From contig OZ244034.1 in the NCBI GenBank assembly GCA_965215185.1, forward strand, positions 96,001-160,000: 64,000 bases of DNA, given 5' to 3'. The position numbers were made by a program, and so were the translations under genes. Numbering within the stretch: position 1 is the first letter of the stretch; each line of letters starts with the position of its first letter. This document shows, in pieces, positions 40,822-50,064 of this stretch. Source of the stretch: Acidimicrobiia bacterium (GTDB lineage: Bacteria > Actinomycetota > Acidimicrobiia > Spongiisociales > ZC4RG35). Under the pieces are notes generated by a model. That model ran no database searches and was not told the DNA's origin. It was given only the letters and a program-made list of their open reading frames with translations.

Positions 40822-41883
40822 TCACTCCTTGCTGTGGGGGACGATCACGGCCCGGCTCTCCAAGCTTCCATCCCGCAGCTTCTGGTATGCGAGGGGGGCT
40901 TGTTGCATCGGGAATCTCTGGATCTCGCTTCTGATTGCGCCGGATCCGGCCAGGGCCACCACCTCGGCCAGATCGGGGATCGTACCCCAGAATACGGTGG
41001 CGGCCGACAGGCCCCTCGGAACATGGATATACCCCATTGGAAAGGACCCCGGTCCGATTCCCACCACAGTGATGTGCCCCCGGATGGCGGCAACCGAAAC
41101 GGCCAAGGCCAGGCTGTCGTCGATCCCAACGATGTCAAGAATCAACTCCGCCCCCCGGCGGCCGGTGATTTCCAGGATTTGAGCGGAAGCGTCCTCTGTG
41201 GACAAAACCGTGTGATGAGCTCCGCTGCGGCGGGCGGCCTGCAGCCGGGAGGGGGAGATGTCAACCGCCACTACCTGGGTGTCCGACAACGCCCGGAGGA
41301 TCTGCACCGCCAACGATCCCAGCCCCCCGATCCCGATGACCACCGCGGTGGAACTCGGATGCAGCCGGCCAAGGTTCTGCTTGATGGCGTGATAGGTGGT
41401 CAACCCGGCGTCGGTGAGTGGAGCAGCTTCCACCGGATCGAGATCGGCGGGCAGGGGCACCAGGTGACGGGATTGGGGCACCAGGAAGAATTCGGCTATC
41501 CCGCCGTCTCGCCCCAGGCCGGGTCTGCCGGGGCCCGACGCCACCACCTGAGCGGCGTTTTCACAGTAATTCTCGGCCTGTGCCGCACACTGCCGGCAGG
41601 CGTTGCATCCCCAGGCGCCGTAGACCGCAACCGGCGTTCCCACGGGGAGCCCAGAGCCTCCCGGCCCGGACGACTCCACCCACCCGGTGATTTCGTGACC
41701 GACGGTGAAAGGAAGCTCATAGGAGGGCAAGCTCGATCGCGGCCAGTCACATAGATACAGATCAGAGTGGCATACCCCCGCTCCCGCCACCCGGATCAGC
41801 GTTTCTCCCGGGCCGGGACTGGGCACGGGCACCTCCAATAGTTCGAAGTCCTTCTCCCAGGTGGTGAACTGATACGCCAACAT
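40822..41883 (-). CDS. Zn-dependent NAD(P) alcohol dehydrogenase
   Basis: GVCHSD, GHE, CNACRQC..ENYC, DAGLTTYHAI, GIGGLG; ATG 41883 after AGGAG-like region is uncertain. Confidence 0.9.
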   Translation of the reverse strand: MLAYQFTTWEKDFELLEVPVPSPGPGETLIRVAGAGVCHSDLYLCDWPRSSLPSYELPFTVGHEITGWVESSGPGGSGLPVGTPVAVYGAWGCNACRQCAAQAENYCENAAQVVASGPGRPGLGRDGGIAEFFLVPQSRHLVPLPADLDPVEAAPLTDAGLTTYHAIKQNLGRLHPSSTAVVIGIGGLGSLAVQILRALSDTQVVAVDISPSRLQAARRSGAHHTVLSTEDASAQILEITGRRGAELILDIVGIDDSLALAVSVAAIRGHITVVGIGPGSFPMGYIHVPRGLSAATVFWGTIPDLAEVVALAGSGAIRSEIQRFPMQQAPLAYQKLRDGSLESRAVIVPHSKE

Positions 41884-41978
41884 CTTGATGCCTTTAGGAG
41901 GGTAACGGGCGCTCAACTTGCTATTTTGGAATCCTATCGCCTCATATAGGGCCTGTTAGCTGGAAGGAAGGAACCATT

Positions 41979-42470
41979 ATGCCGTCAGGCTTCCCCGATT
42001 GGACTCCACAAGGAGACACCGAAGAGACCCGTAGGCTGTTCATGCGATGGCTGGAGGGGCAGGAAGCGGATTTCCCCAACCCTCCGGATGACTCATGGAA
42101 GCAGAGACTGCTGGACCTTGTCGAGGAGTTCGTCCATCCCGACGTGGTGCTCCACAATGTGCCGGTGCGGCGCCCCGGGCGGGACGGCTGGGTCGAGTTT
42201 CTAATGGGGCTGGGAGAGGCCTATCCGGATTCCAACACGAATTACGACATCATTATGGTGGATGGTGACATGGCGGCCGCCCGCTGGCATTACACGGCCA
42301 CCCAGATGTCTTCGCACTTCGAGCATGAGGCGACTGGAAAGAAAGTCCGAGTGGACGGGGTGATGTTCGAGCGCTTCCGCGACGGCAAGATAGTTGAGCA
42401 TTGGGCGCTGATCGACCGCCTCAGCTGGCTGCAGCAACTGGGGTCGGTAGAGGAGTCGATTCGTCTTTGA
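41979..42470 (+). CDS. SnoaL-like/ester cyclase protein
   Basis: AYPD, DGD, ATGKKV, DGKIVEHW..DRLSWLQQLG. Confidence 0.85.
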   Translation: MPSGFPDWTPQGDTEETRRLFMRWLEGQEADFPNPPDDSWKQRLLDLVEEFVHPDVVLHNVPVRRPGRDGWVEFLMGLGEAYPDSNTNYDIIMVDGDMAAARWHYTATQMSSHFEHEATGKKVRVDGVMFERFRDGKIVEHWALIDRLSWLQQLGSVEESIRL

Positions 42471-42509
42471 ACCTCGACCTGAGACTGAGCCTTTAGAAAG
42501 GAGATCAAA

Positions 42510-43001
42510 ATGCCTGTTGTTCTACCAGAGGGGAATCCGGACGGGGACACGGAGGAGACCCGGCGGGTTTTCGTGGACTTTATGGTCGGGCAGGAGTCCG
42601 ACTTTCCCTACCCGCCTGATGACTCGTGGAAGGGCCGCATGCGGGCTCTGGTGGAAAAGTACGTCCATCCCGAGGTAGTGGTCCGCAACGTTCCGGTGCG
42701 CAGCCCCGGTCGGGATGGATACGCAGACTTTCTCATAGCCCTGGGAGAGGCCTATCCGGACGGGCAGACCACTTTCAACATGATCGTGGCGGACGGAGAC
42801 ACCGTTGCTTCCAAGTGGACCTTCAGGGCCACCCAGCAATTCGCCCACTTCGAGCACGGCGCCTCCGGTCAGAAGATCGAGGTGGACGGCATGTCGTTCG
42901 CCCGCATCCGGGACGGGAAACTGGCGGAGTACTACTCACTGGCCGACAAGCTGGCCTGGGCTAAACAATTGGGCATAGTGGACCCATCCGTGCAGCTCTA
43001 A
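42510..43001 (+). CDS. SnoaL-like/ester cyclase protein, tandem paralog
   Basis: Same 163-aa length as neighbour; AYPD, ADGDTV, DGKLAEY..D.LAW..QLG; AAAGGAG RBS. Confidence 0.85.
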   Translation: MPVVLPEGNPDGDTEETRRVFVDFMVGQESDFPYPPDDSWKGRMRALVEKYVHPEVVVRNVPVRSPGRDGYADFLIALGEAYPDGQTTFNMIVADGDTVASKWTFRATQQFAHFEHGASGQKIEVDGMSFARIRDGKLAEYYSLADKLAWAKQLGIVDPSVQL

Positions 43002-43044
43002 ACCTCTTGGTCTGAACTCCGCTCCGGTCCCGATACCGAATGGG

Positions 43045-44118
43045 TCAGGTGGCTAAGGGGCGGTAGTCGATGTCATAGCCAAAGGCCCGGGGCCCCACCA
43101 CCTCCAGGGCCCTGGAGGTCTTGAGGAGGTCGGGACACGGGATCACCAGGACATCAGTCCGCAGCCCGTATCGGACCAACTCGGTGGTGATCGGCTCGCC
43201 CTCGTCGCTGGTCACCAAGGTGATGAGATCGGGGACTGTCACGGGCACCCGTTCACCCTCGCGAATCACCAGGTTCTCGTTCTGGAAGTCGATCTCCACG
43301 CGGCGTCCTGCGTCGTCGTCCGACCCGTCGATCACCAGGCGTCCCTTCGCGAAGCCTCGCGTGGCGCGCCGTTCGACGTCGACTACCTTGCCTCGGATGT
43401 ACCGGCGCCCACCTGTCTGGCGCACAATGGCATCGCCCGGATCCTCGTGAAGTTTGCGGGCGGCTAGGACTGCTCTGCCTATGCGGATGGCGAGCGACAG
43501 CGTGTTGGGGATGATGAATTTGCGGCAGAAAGCCCCGTCCATCACCGCGGTGGCCAGGCCGGCGTGACCCCCCATGTCGATGGTGACCGACCGAAGAATT
43601 CTCTCGAGCCAATGGGCGTCGAGGATCCGGTCCACCACGATTCGGTTGCCCCGCTCGTCAGCCAGAGCGGCAGGGAACGGCGATCCCCCGTAGATAAGGT
43701 AGGTGATCATCTGCAGCTCGGGGAATGCCCTTCCCATACCGTCACCGTCTACAACAGGAATGCCGAGGCGGGCTCCGACGACCAGCGGCACCATCGAGTT
43801 ACCTCCGCCCATCTCGAATGGGGCGATGGCGGTGAATCGGCGGCCCAGGTAGCGCTCCAACGCCTGGACGGCGTCGGTCTCCTCGTTTCCTCCCGCCACC
43901 TTCTCGTATGCAACCACGGGAGAACCCATACCGCCTGCGACCACTAGAAGATCGTCGTCGGCTATCTCCGTCGGGTCGATGATTTCAATCTTCTTACCGG
44001 CGCGCAGCTCTGCACGGGCTCTCAGCCGTCCCAGGTAGGGGTTTCCGCCTCCGCCGGTACCGAGGATGGCCGCCCCGATCGCCGCAGGAGTGAGATCTTT
44101 CTCGGTTATCTCCCACAT
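43045..44118 (-). CDS. DUF917-family protein
   Basis: GAAILGTGGGGNPY, EMGGGN, DGDGMGRAFPELQM, FQNENL, VPDLI, VGPRAFG. Confidence 0.9.
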   Translation of the reverse strand: MWEITEKDLTPAAIGAAILGTGGGGNPYLGRLRARAELRAGKKIEIIDPTEIADDDLLVVAGGMGSPVVAYEKVAGGNEETDAVQALERYLGRRFTAIAPFEMGGGNSMVPLVVGARLGIPVVDGDGMGRAFPELQMITYLIYGGSPFPAALADERGNRIVVDRILDAHWLERILRSVTIDMGGHAGLATAVMDGAFCRKFIIPNTLSLAIRIGRAVLAARKLHEDPGDAIVRQTGGRRYIRGKVVDVERRATRGFAKGRLVIDGSDDDAGRRVEIDFQNENLVIREGERVPVTVPDLITLVTSDEGEPITTELVRYGLRTDVLVIPCPDLLKTSRALEVVGPRAFGYDIDYRPLAT

Positions 44119-44186
44119 CTGTATCTGTTCCGCTTTACGAACCCCAACTCGAGCCTGTCAGTTTACGAGAGGGATCGATTCACCCA

Positions 44187-44489
44187 TCAGAAAGGACGTG
44201 GTTGGGGTGTCAGCATCCTGACGTCTACGTCGGCAATGTAATCCATGGGATCAAATGACAGGTCGTCCCACCGAGGATCGGCGTCATATCGTTCTTCGGC
44301 CTCTGCGAATGTCAAATCGCCTTCGTAGTGAACGATCCAAACGTACTGACATGTCTCCTCCACCAACCAGGGACCCTCGAGCCGGAACCCGTGATCCAAC
44401 CGGATTGGCACAATTTCCTGGTTCACCTTCGTGGCGAACTCTTGCCACGTGTCGGGATGGAGGCCGTAGATACGGAGCTGGGCGACCAT
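44187..44489 (-). CDS. NIPSNAP-like small protein
   Basis: C-terminal 100 aa of ORF 44187..45047: QLRIY..W..F..IVPIR..HGF..YVWIV.Y; the upstream part is antisense to the FAD subunit gene. Confidence 0.7.
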   Translation of the reverse strand: MVAQLRIYGLHPDTWQEFATKVNQEIVPIRLDHGFRLEGPWLVEETCQYVWIVHYEGDLTFAEAEERYDADPRWDDLSFDPMDYIADVDVRMLTPQPRPF

Positions 44490-44606
44490 TTCCGTCATCC
44501 TAGCAGGCGTATTGACGGGGCCTGGTTGTTGCGCCGTCCATGCGGCGGGAGCCGCGTACCCACCTTTGGGTAGACTACGGTAACCGGAAATCTGAGGTGA
44601 TAATCG

Positions 44607-45467
44607 ATGCAATTCCTGGCGCCGAACACGGTAGAAGAGGCGCTTGTGATGCTGTCGGAACGAGGAGATGGTCTCCGAGTGCTGGCCGGTGGAACGGACG
44701 TGATGATTCAACGCATGACCGGCCAACTGCCTCGTTCCGAATCGCTGCTGTACATCGGGGGGATTGCCGAACTGCAAGGTGTGGATTGTTCGAATGGAAA
44801 TATCCGGATCGGCGCCCTGACCACCCACCGAGACCTGCGGTGTGATCCGATCATCACCACCAATCTGCCTTCGTTTGCCGAAGCCGCCGCTACGGTCGGC
44901 GGATGGCAGACCCAGGTCGTCGGCACTGTGGGAGGTAATCTCTGCAACGCCTCGCCGGCCGCTGATCTGGCGCCCCCGATCCTGGCGGCTGATGCCACCA
45001 TGGTGGTGTCCGGGGTGGATGGTCCTACTCGGATACCGGCCGACCACTTCTTTGTGGGTAGACGCCGCACCGCCCTCCCTCCGGGACAGATTCTGTTGGG
45101 GATCGAAGTGCCGGCGCCCCCGGCGGACACCTGGGAGTCCTATCTCAAGGTGGGACGCCGAAGCGCTATGGAGGTTGCCTTGGTGGGCTTGGCGGTCCGT
45201 TTCAGTGTTGTCGGCAACCGGATAGAGACAGCCCGATTAGGTGTCTGTTCGGTGGCGGTAACACCGCAGAGGATGCATCATGCCGAATCAGCGTTGGTGG
45301 GTTCTACTCTCGACGAGGGCGCGGTGGCGGTGGCGGTGCGACGGTCGATGGAGGAGGTCCATCCGATCGACGACCAGCGGGCCACCGCTACTTATCGTCG
45401 GATGCTGGTCGGGCGTCTCATCCGAAAAGCCGCCCGCGTTGCGCGTAAGAGGCTGGGGATCGAATGA
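44607..45467 (+). CDS. Xanthine dehydrogenase-family FAD-binding subunit
   Basis: LAGGTD, IGALTT, TVGGNLCNASPAAD, PIDDQRAT..YR. Confidence 0.92.
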   Translation: MQFLAPNTVEEALVMLSERGDGLRVLAGGTDVMIQRMTGQLPRSESLLYIGGIAELQGVDCSNGNIRIGALTTHRDLRCDPIITTNLPSFAEAAATVGGWQTQVVGTVGGNLCNASPAADLAPPILAADATMVVSGVDGPTRIPADHFFVGRRRTALPPGQILLGIEVPAPPADTWESYLKVGRRSAMEVALVGLAVRFSVVGNRIETARLGVCSVAVTPQRMHHAESALVGSTLDEGAVAVAVRRSMEEVHPIDDQRATATYRRMLVGRLIRKAARVARKRLGIE

Positions 45468-45937
45468 CGCAGACGCTCACTTTCAAGGTCAACGGGATGC
45501 TGCGAACAGTGGAGGCCCATGGGGACGAAGTCCTCCTCGACACGCTTCGGGACCGCCTCTATCTGACAGGTACCAAGCGGGGGTGTGACGAGGGCGAGTG
45601 CGGGGCCTGTACGGTGGTTGTCGACCGGGCGCCTGTTCATTCCTGCATCTTCCCGGCGCTGGCGGCGGCGGGCACCGACGTCAGAACCGTGGAAGGCCTG
45701 GCCGGACGGGACGGAGAACTTAGCACCCTCCAGAAGGCCTTTGTCGACCGGGCGGCGGTTCAATGCGGCTTTTGCACCCCGGGTTTCCTGATGACCCTGA
45801 CCGCGCTGCTCGAGAGCAATGCGCCTACCTCTGACAGCGACATCGATGAAGCCATAGTGGGCAACATCTGCCGCTGCACCGGATACAGCGCGATTCGGGC
45901 CGCGGTCCGGTCTGTAGTGAGGGAGGGCGGGAGTTGA
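45464..45937 (+). CDS. Xanthine dehydrogenase-family 2Fe-2S subunit
   Basis: GCDEGECGACTV, SC, QCGFCTPG, GNICRCTGY. Confidence 0.95.
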   Translation: MTQTLTFKVNGMLRTVEAHGDEVLLDTLRDRLYLTGTKRGCDEGECGACTVVVDRAPVHSCIFPALAAAGTDVRTVEGLAGRDGELSTLQKAFVDRAAVQCGFCTPGFLMTLTALLESNAPTSDSDIDEAIVGNICRCTGYSAIRAAVRSVVREGGS

Positions 45938-48219
45938 CGGCTATAGGTCTGAGCACGCCGCGGTCAGATGCCGACGCCAAAGTGCGAGGGCTGGCCGTTT
46001 ACGGTGTTGACTACCGGGAGGTCGGGATGCTCCATGCCCGATTGCTGCGTTCCCCGGTTGCCGCCGGCAGAATCATCCGTCTGGACGTGACGGAGGCGCG
46101 CTCGAGCCCCGGAGTCCACGCGGTGGTGACCGCCGCCGAGGCGCCCCAACACCGCAATGGCCTGGTGCTACTGGACACGCCCTTTTTTCCAGGTGACACG
46201 GTGTTGTACGAAGGGGAACCCATTGCCATGGTGGTGGCCGACACGCCCCGGCAAGCCCAGTTGGCGGTGGAGACCATCGGACTCGATATAGAAGAGGTGG
46301 AACCGGTTTGCAACGTGGCGGAGGCGCTTCAGCCCGGCGCCAGGTTGTTGCATCCCGACCTGGATTCCTACGGCGCCATTCCCGGGGTCGGGCCCTGGCC
46401 GAAGGGGGGTAACTGTGGGGGGGTTTTGACCTCCGATCCCGGGGGGGTGGACGAAGCATTCGAACTAGCCGACATCATCGTGGAGGACTTTTACACGGTT
46501 CCTCGTCAGTACCAGGCGTATCTCGAGCCCAAGTCGGCTACTGCCTCCTATGACGGCTGGCGCTGGACCGTGCACGTGTCCCATCAATTCCCCTTCAACG
46601 CGCGTAGCAGGGTGGCGCAGGCGCTGGGAGTACCCCCCTCTCGGATCCGGGTGGTAGGACATCACATCGGAGGCGGGTTCGGGGCGCGTCTCGACCTCGG
46701 GCTCGAGCAGTATGCGGCCATCGGCGCTTCCCTCACCGGCCGTACCGTCCAACTGGTCAATGATCGGGTGGAAGACCTTATCTCCTGTATGTCCCGGGAA
46801 AACGCCACCATCAGGGTCCGCTCCGGGGTGACGAAACAAGGGCGGATCGTTGCCCGGGAGTTCCAATGTCTGATGGATGCCGGCGCCTACCAGGGCGATA
46901 CGGCTTATCTGACCAGCATCGCCCTTCTCATGGTGGGTTCGGTGTATCGGGTGGGACCCACCCGGGTGACTGCCAAGAGCGTGTACACCAACACGGCGCC
47001 GTCCGGGGCTTTCCGGGGTGTCAGCGGGACCTATATCTGTTTCGCCTTGGAGCGGCACACCGACCGCTTGGCGCAGGCGATCGGCATGGACCGGCGGGAG
47101 TTCCGGATGCGCAACCTCTTTGAGTCCGGCGACTCAATGCTCAACGGACAGACTCTGGACGACGCCGATATCTTGCGGGAAGCGTTCGACCGGGTCGAGG
47201 AGATCGCCCCTTGGACCGAGACCGGGAAGGGTCCCCTTAAAGGGGTGGGTTTGGCCGCGGTCATCTGGCTCACCAACCCCCTGGCCGGTTCGGCGACTGT
47301 GAGCATCCAAGAGGACGGCGCTCTGGGCGTCTCGACCGCCGCCACCGAAAACGGCAGCGGGGCGGTAACGATGGGAGTACGCCAGATCGCCGCCGCTGAG
47401 TTCGGTCTCGGCGCCGAGCAGGTGTTCGTGACTTCTCCGGACACTGACACACAGGCTTTTGACGCCGGATCCCAGGGGAGCAGAACCACCCATGTGGTGG
47501 GAATGGCCATTAAGGCAGCCGCCAAGCAGCTGAAACCACGCCTGTTCAACATCGCATCGGGCCTGCTTCACGCGCTCCCGGACGACCTGGAACTGGGCGG
47601 AGGCAATGTATGCGTGCGCGACGACCCGTCCCGAGCTGTTTCTCTGGGAGAGGTTGCCCGCACGGCTCTGGGCGTCGGCGGGCCTCTCAGCGCTACCGGG
47701 ACCTACAATGTCCCCCTCCCCAAATGGGATCCGGATTCGGCGCAAGGTCTGTTGTTTCCCGTCTTCCCGGTCCCCACCTATCACGTCCATCTCGCCGAAG
47801 TGGAGGTTGACCCCGACGATGGTTCGGTCCGGGTCACCCGATATGTCGTAGCTCAGGAGGTGGGGCGGATGATCAATCCGGATGGCGTCTATGGCCAAAT
47901 CCAGGGAGGAGTCGCCCAGGGGATGGGATATGCCCTCTGGGAAGGTTTGGAAAGCCAGAACGGTCGTTACACCCGCCGCACCTTGGAATCGTACGGGTTG
48001 CCGTTGGCTGTGGACATACCCGACGTGGAGATCATGGTTCTCGAACATCCGTGCGAGGCGGGTCCTTACGGAGCGAAAGGGGCTGCCGAGCCGCCCATAG
48101 TGCCCGTGGCGGCGGCGATCGCCAATGCCGTGTCGGACGCTACCGGCGCCAACATCACCAGGCTCCCGATAGATCCGGAGGAGTTGTTGTTGGCTATGGA
48201 CAATCGGCGGGAAGGTTGA
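45934..48219 (+). CDS. Xanthine dehydrogenase-family molybdopterin-binding subunit
   Basis: YLEP, IGGGFGA, GAFRG, GSRTT, GQIQGG..QGMG, GAKGAAEPP. Confidence 0.92.
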   Translation: MTAIGLSTPRSDADAKVRGLAVYGVDYREVGMLHARLLRSPVAAGRIIRLDVTEARSSPGVHAVVTAAEAPQHRNGLVLLDTPFFPGDTVLYEGEPIAMVVADTPRQAQLAVETIGLDIEEVEPVCNVAEALQPGARLLHPDLDSYGAIPGVGPWPKGGNCGGVLTSDPGGVDEAFELADIIVEDFYTVPRQYQAYLEPKSATASYDGWRWTVHVSHQFPFNARSRVAQALGVPPSRIRVVGHHIGGGFGARLDLGLEQYAAIGASLTGRTVQLVNDRVEDLISCMSRENATIRVRSGVTKQGRIVAREFQCLMDAGAYQGDTAYLTSIALLMVGSVYRVGPTRVTAKSVYTNTAPSGAFRGVSGTYICFALERHTDRLAQAIGMDRREFRMRNLFESGDSMLNGQTLDDADILREAFDRVEEIAPWTETGKGPLKGVGLAAVIWLTNPLAGSATVSIQEDGALGVSTAATENGSGAVTMGVRQIAAAEFGLGAEQVFVTSPDTDTQAFDAGSQGSRTTHVVGMAIKAAAKQLKPRLFNIASGLLHALPDDLELGGGNVCVRDDPSRAVSLGEVARTALGVGGPLSATGTYNVPLPKWDPDSAQGLLFPVFPVPTYHVHLAEVEVDPDDGSVRVTRYVVAQEVGRMINPDGVYGQIQGGVAQGMGYALWEGLESQNGRYTRRTLESYGLPLAVDIPDVEIMVLEHPCEAGPYGAKGAAEPPIVPVAAAIANAVSDATGANITRLPIDPEELLLAMDNRREG

Positions 48220-49772
48220 TTTTGCGCCTCGGCATCGATGTCGGAGGCACCAATACCGATGCGGTCCTGATGAAAGGTCGGCAGGTTGTGTCGGCCTGCA
48301 AGACTCCGACCACCCCCAATGTCTCATCGGGCATAGGTGCCGCCCTTGGGCAGATTCTCGCCGCCTCGTTGGTCGATCCCCGAGAGATTGCCGCAGTGAT
48401 GATCGGCACCACCCACTTCACCAATGCGGTTGTGGAGGCCCGGCAGTTGGCGGCCACTGCTGTGGTTCGCCTCGGGGCGCCGGCGACTCTTTCCATTCCT
48501 CCCATGACTGACTGGCCGGACCGTCTGCGCCAGGCTTTGGGTAGTCACACCTATGTGTGCCGCGGGGGCCACGAATTCGATGGACGGGAGATATCCGCCC
48601 TTGACCCCGATGAACTCAGACGCGTCGCGGTTGAGATCGGCGAAGCCGGTGTCACTTCGGTGGCCTTGACCTCGGTGTTCTCGCCGGTCAACGCCGAGAT
48701 GGAGACTGCGGCCGCCGCCATCTTCGCCGAGGAGCTTTCCGGGGTGACGGTCTCCCTTTCGAGGGAAATAGGACGGGTGGGTCTTCTCGAGAGAGAAAAT
48801 GCCACCATCCTCAATGCCTCCCTGGCTCCCCTCGCAGACCGTGTGTTCGACGGCTTCGAGGAAGTGGTGGCCCAAGCCGGGGTGTGCGCCCCTCTGTTCA
48901 TTTCGCAGAACGATGGGACGCTGTTGGGCCTCGACTATGCCCGCCGCTATCCGGTCGCCACGTTCGCGTCGGGCCCTACCAACTCGATGCGGGGCGCTGC
49001 CTTCCTGAGCGGTGTTTTGGACGGCGTCGTGATAGATGTGGGTGGGACGACGACCGACGTAGGAATTCTGGTAGGGGGTTTTCCCAGAGAGGCGTCGGTT
49101 GGGGTGCAGGTTGGTGGGGTAAAAACCAACTTTCGAATGCCCGACGTGCTGTCGCTGGGCATCGGCGGCGGTTCACTAGTCAGCTCTGACGGGAACGAGG
49201 TTACGGTCGGTCCGGAAAGTGTCGGTTATCGGCTCGACGAACGAGCGCTGGTTTTCGGTGGATCAGAACTCACCGCTACCGACATCGCGGTAGCTGGAGG
49301 TTTGGCGTCTATTGGGGATCGGTCTGCCGTCAACCAACTGGATCGAGGTGTGGTAAGGCTGGCGCTGGATCGGATCCGCCACGAGATTGCGCGAACGGTC
49401 GACCGACTGAAGACGAGCGCCGACCCGGTTATGGCCATCGTGGTGGGTGGGGGATCCATCCTGTTGGAGGACGGTCTTCCGGGTGTTAGGGAGATGATCC
49501 GACCGGCCCACTTTGCGGTTGCCAACGCCATCGGGGCGGCGATCGCTCAGGTCGGGGGAGAGGTGGACCGGATCTACTCTCTTGACGACCTCCACCGAGA
49601 GGAAGCCTTGGAATCCGCTCGCTCCGAAGCGGTGGATAGGGCGATTGTCGCAGGCGCCAACCCTGCCACGGTGGAGGTGGTGGATATCGAGGAGGTGCCA
49701 CTCGCCTATCTTCCTTCCAATGCGGTACGGATCAGGATGAAGGCCGTTGGAGATCTGGCATTGTCAGTCTGA
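48216..49772 (+). CDS. Hydantoinase A/5-oxoprolinase family (DUF917-associated type)
   Basis: TTG 48216 overlapping the upstream stop; LGIDVGGTNTD, GTTHFTNAV, ERENATILNA, SGPTNSMRGA, DVGGTTTD, VANAIGAA. Confidence 0.9.
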   Translation: MILRLGIDVGGTNTDAVLMKGRQVVSACKTPTTPNVSSGIGAALGQILAASLVDPREIAAVMIGTTHFTNAVVEARQLAATAVVRLGAPATLSIPPMTDWPDRLRQALGSHTYVCRGGHEFDGREISALDPDELRRVAVEIGEAGVTSVALTSVFSPVNAEMETAAAAIFAEELSGVTVSLSREIGRVGLLERENATILNASLAPLADRVFDGFEEVVAQAGVCAPLFISQNDGTLLGLDYARRYPVATFASGPTNSMRGAAFLSGVLDGVVIDVGGTTTDVGILVGGFPREASVGVQVGGVKTNFRMPDVLSLGIGGGSLVSSDGNEVTVGPESVGYRLDERALVFGGSELTATDIAVAGGLASIGDRSAVNQLDRGVVRLALDRIRHEIARTVDRLKTSADPVMAIVVGGGSILLEDGLPGVREMIRPAHFAVANAIGAAIAQVGGEVDRIYSLDDLHREEALESARSEAVDRAIVAGANPATVEVVDIEEVPLAYLPSNAVRIRMKAVGDLALSV

Positions 49773-50064
49773 TTTCGCATTAGTGGGTGCTCGGACGCCT
49801 CCCCCGGGGGCTACACCATCGGCGACTTCATATCGACCATAGGATTGCCCAGACTCTTGGTCGAGGGGGCGTCTGTCCTAACCGCAGAGATCTCTGGCCC
49901 GTCGAAGAAACCCACCCTCAGCCGCGCCATGGCCGATCCGGGGGTAGCCTAAATGGGATTCGCATGACGCCACAGCAGATCCTCTTATACCTTGATGGGT
50001 CACCTGATTCGAGCGTCGCCTGCGCTCATACAAGTTAAGTAGAAAACAAATCAAGGAGGTTTTC

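Noticed and set aside
28897-43001. Polyketide biosynthetic cluster implied by SnoaL cyclases
   Set aside because: No KS, ACP, PKS or NRPS genes in the window; the context is catabolic and transport
44607-48219. Aerobic CO dehydrogenase coxMSL
   Set aside because: Gene order matches, but the large subunit lacks AYxCSFR and AYRGAGR, and there are no cox accessory genes
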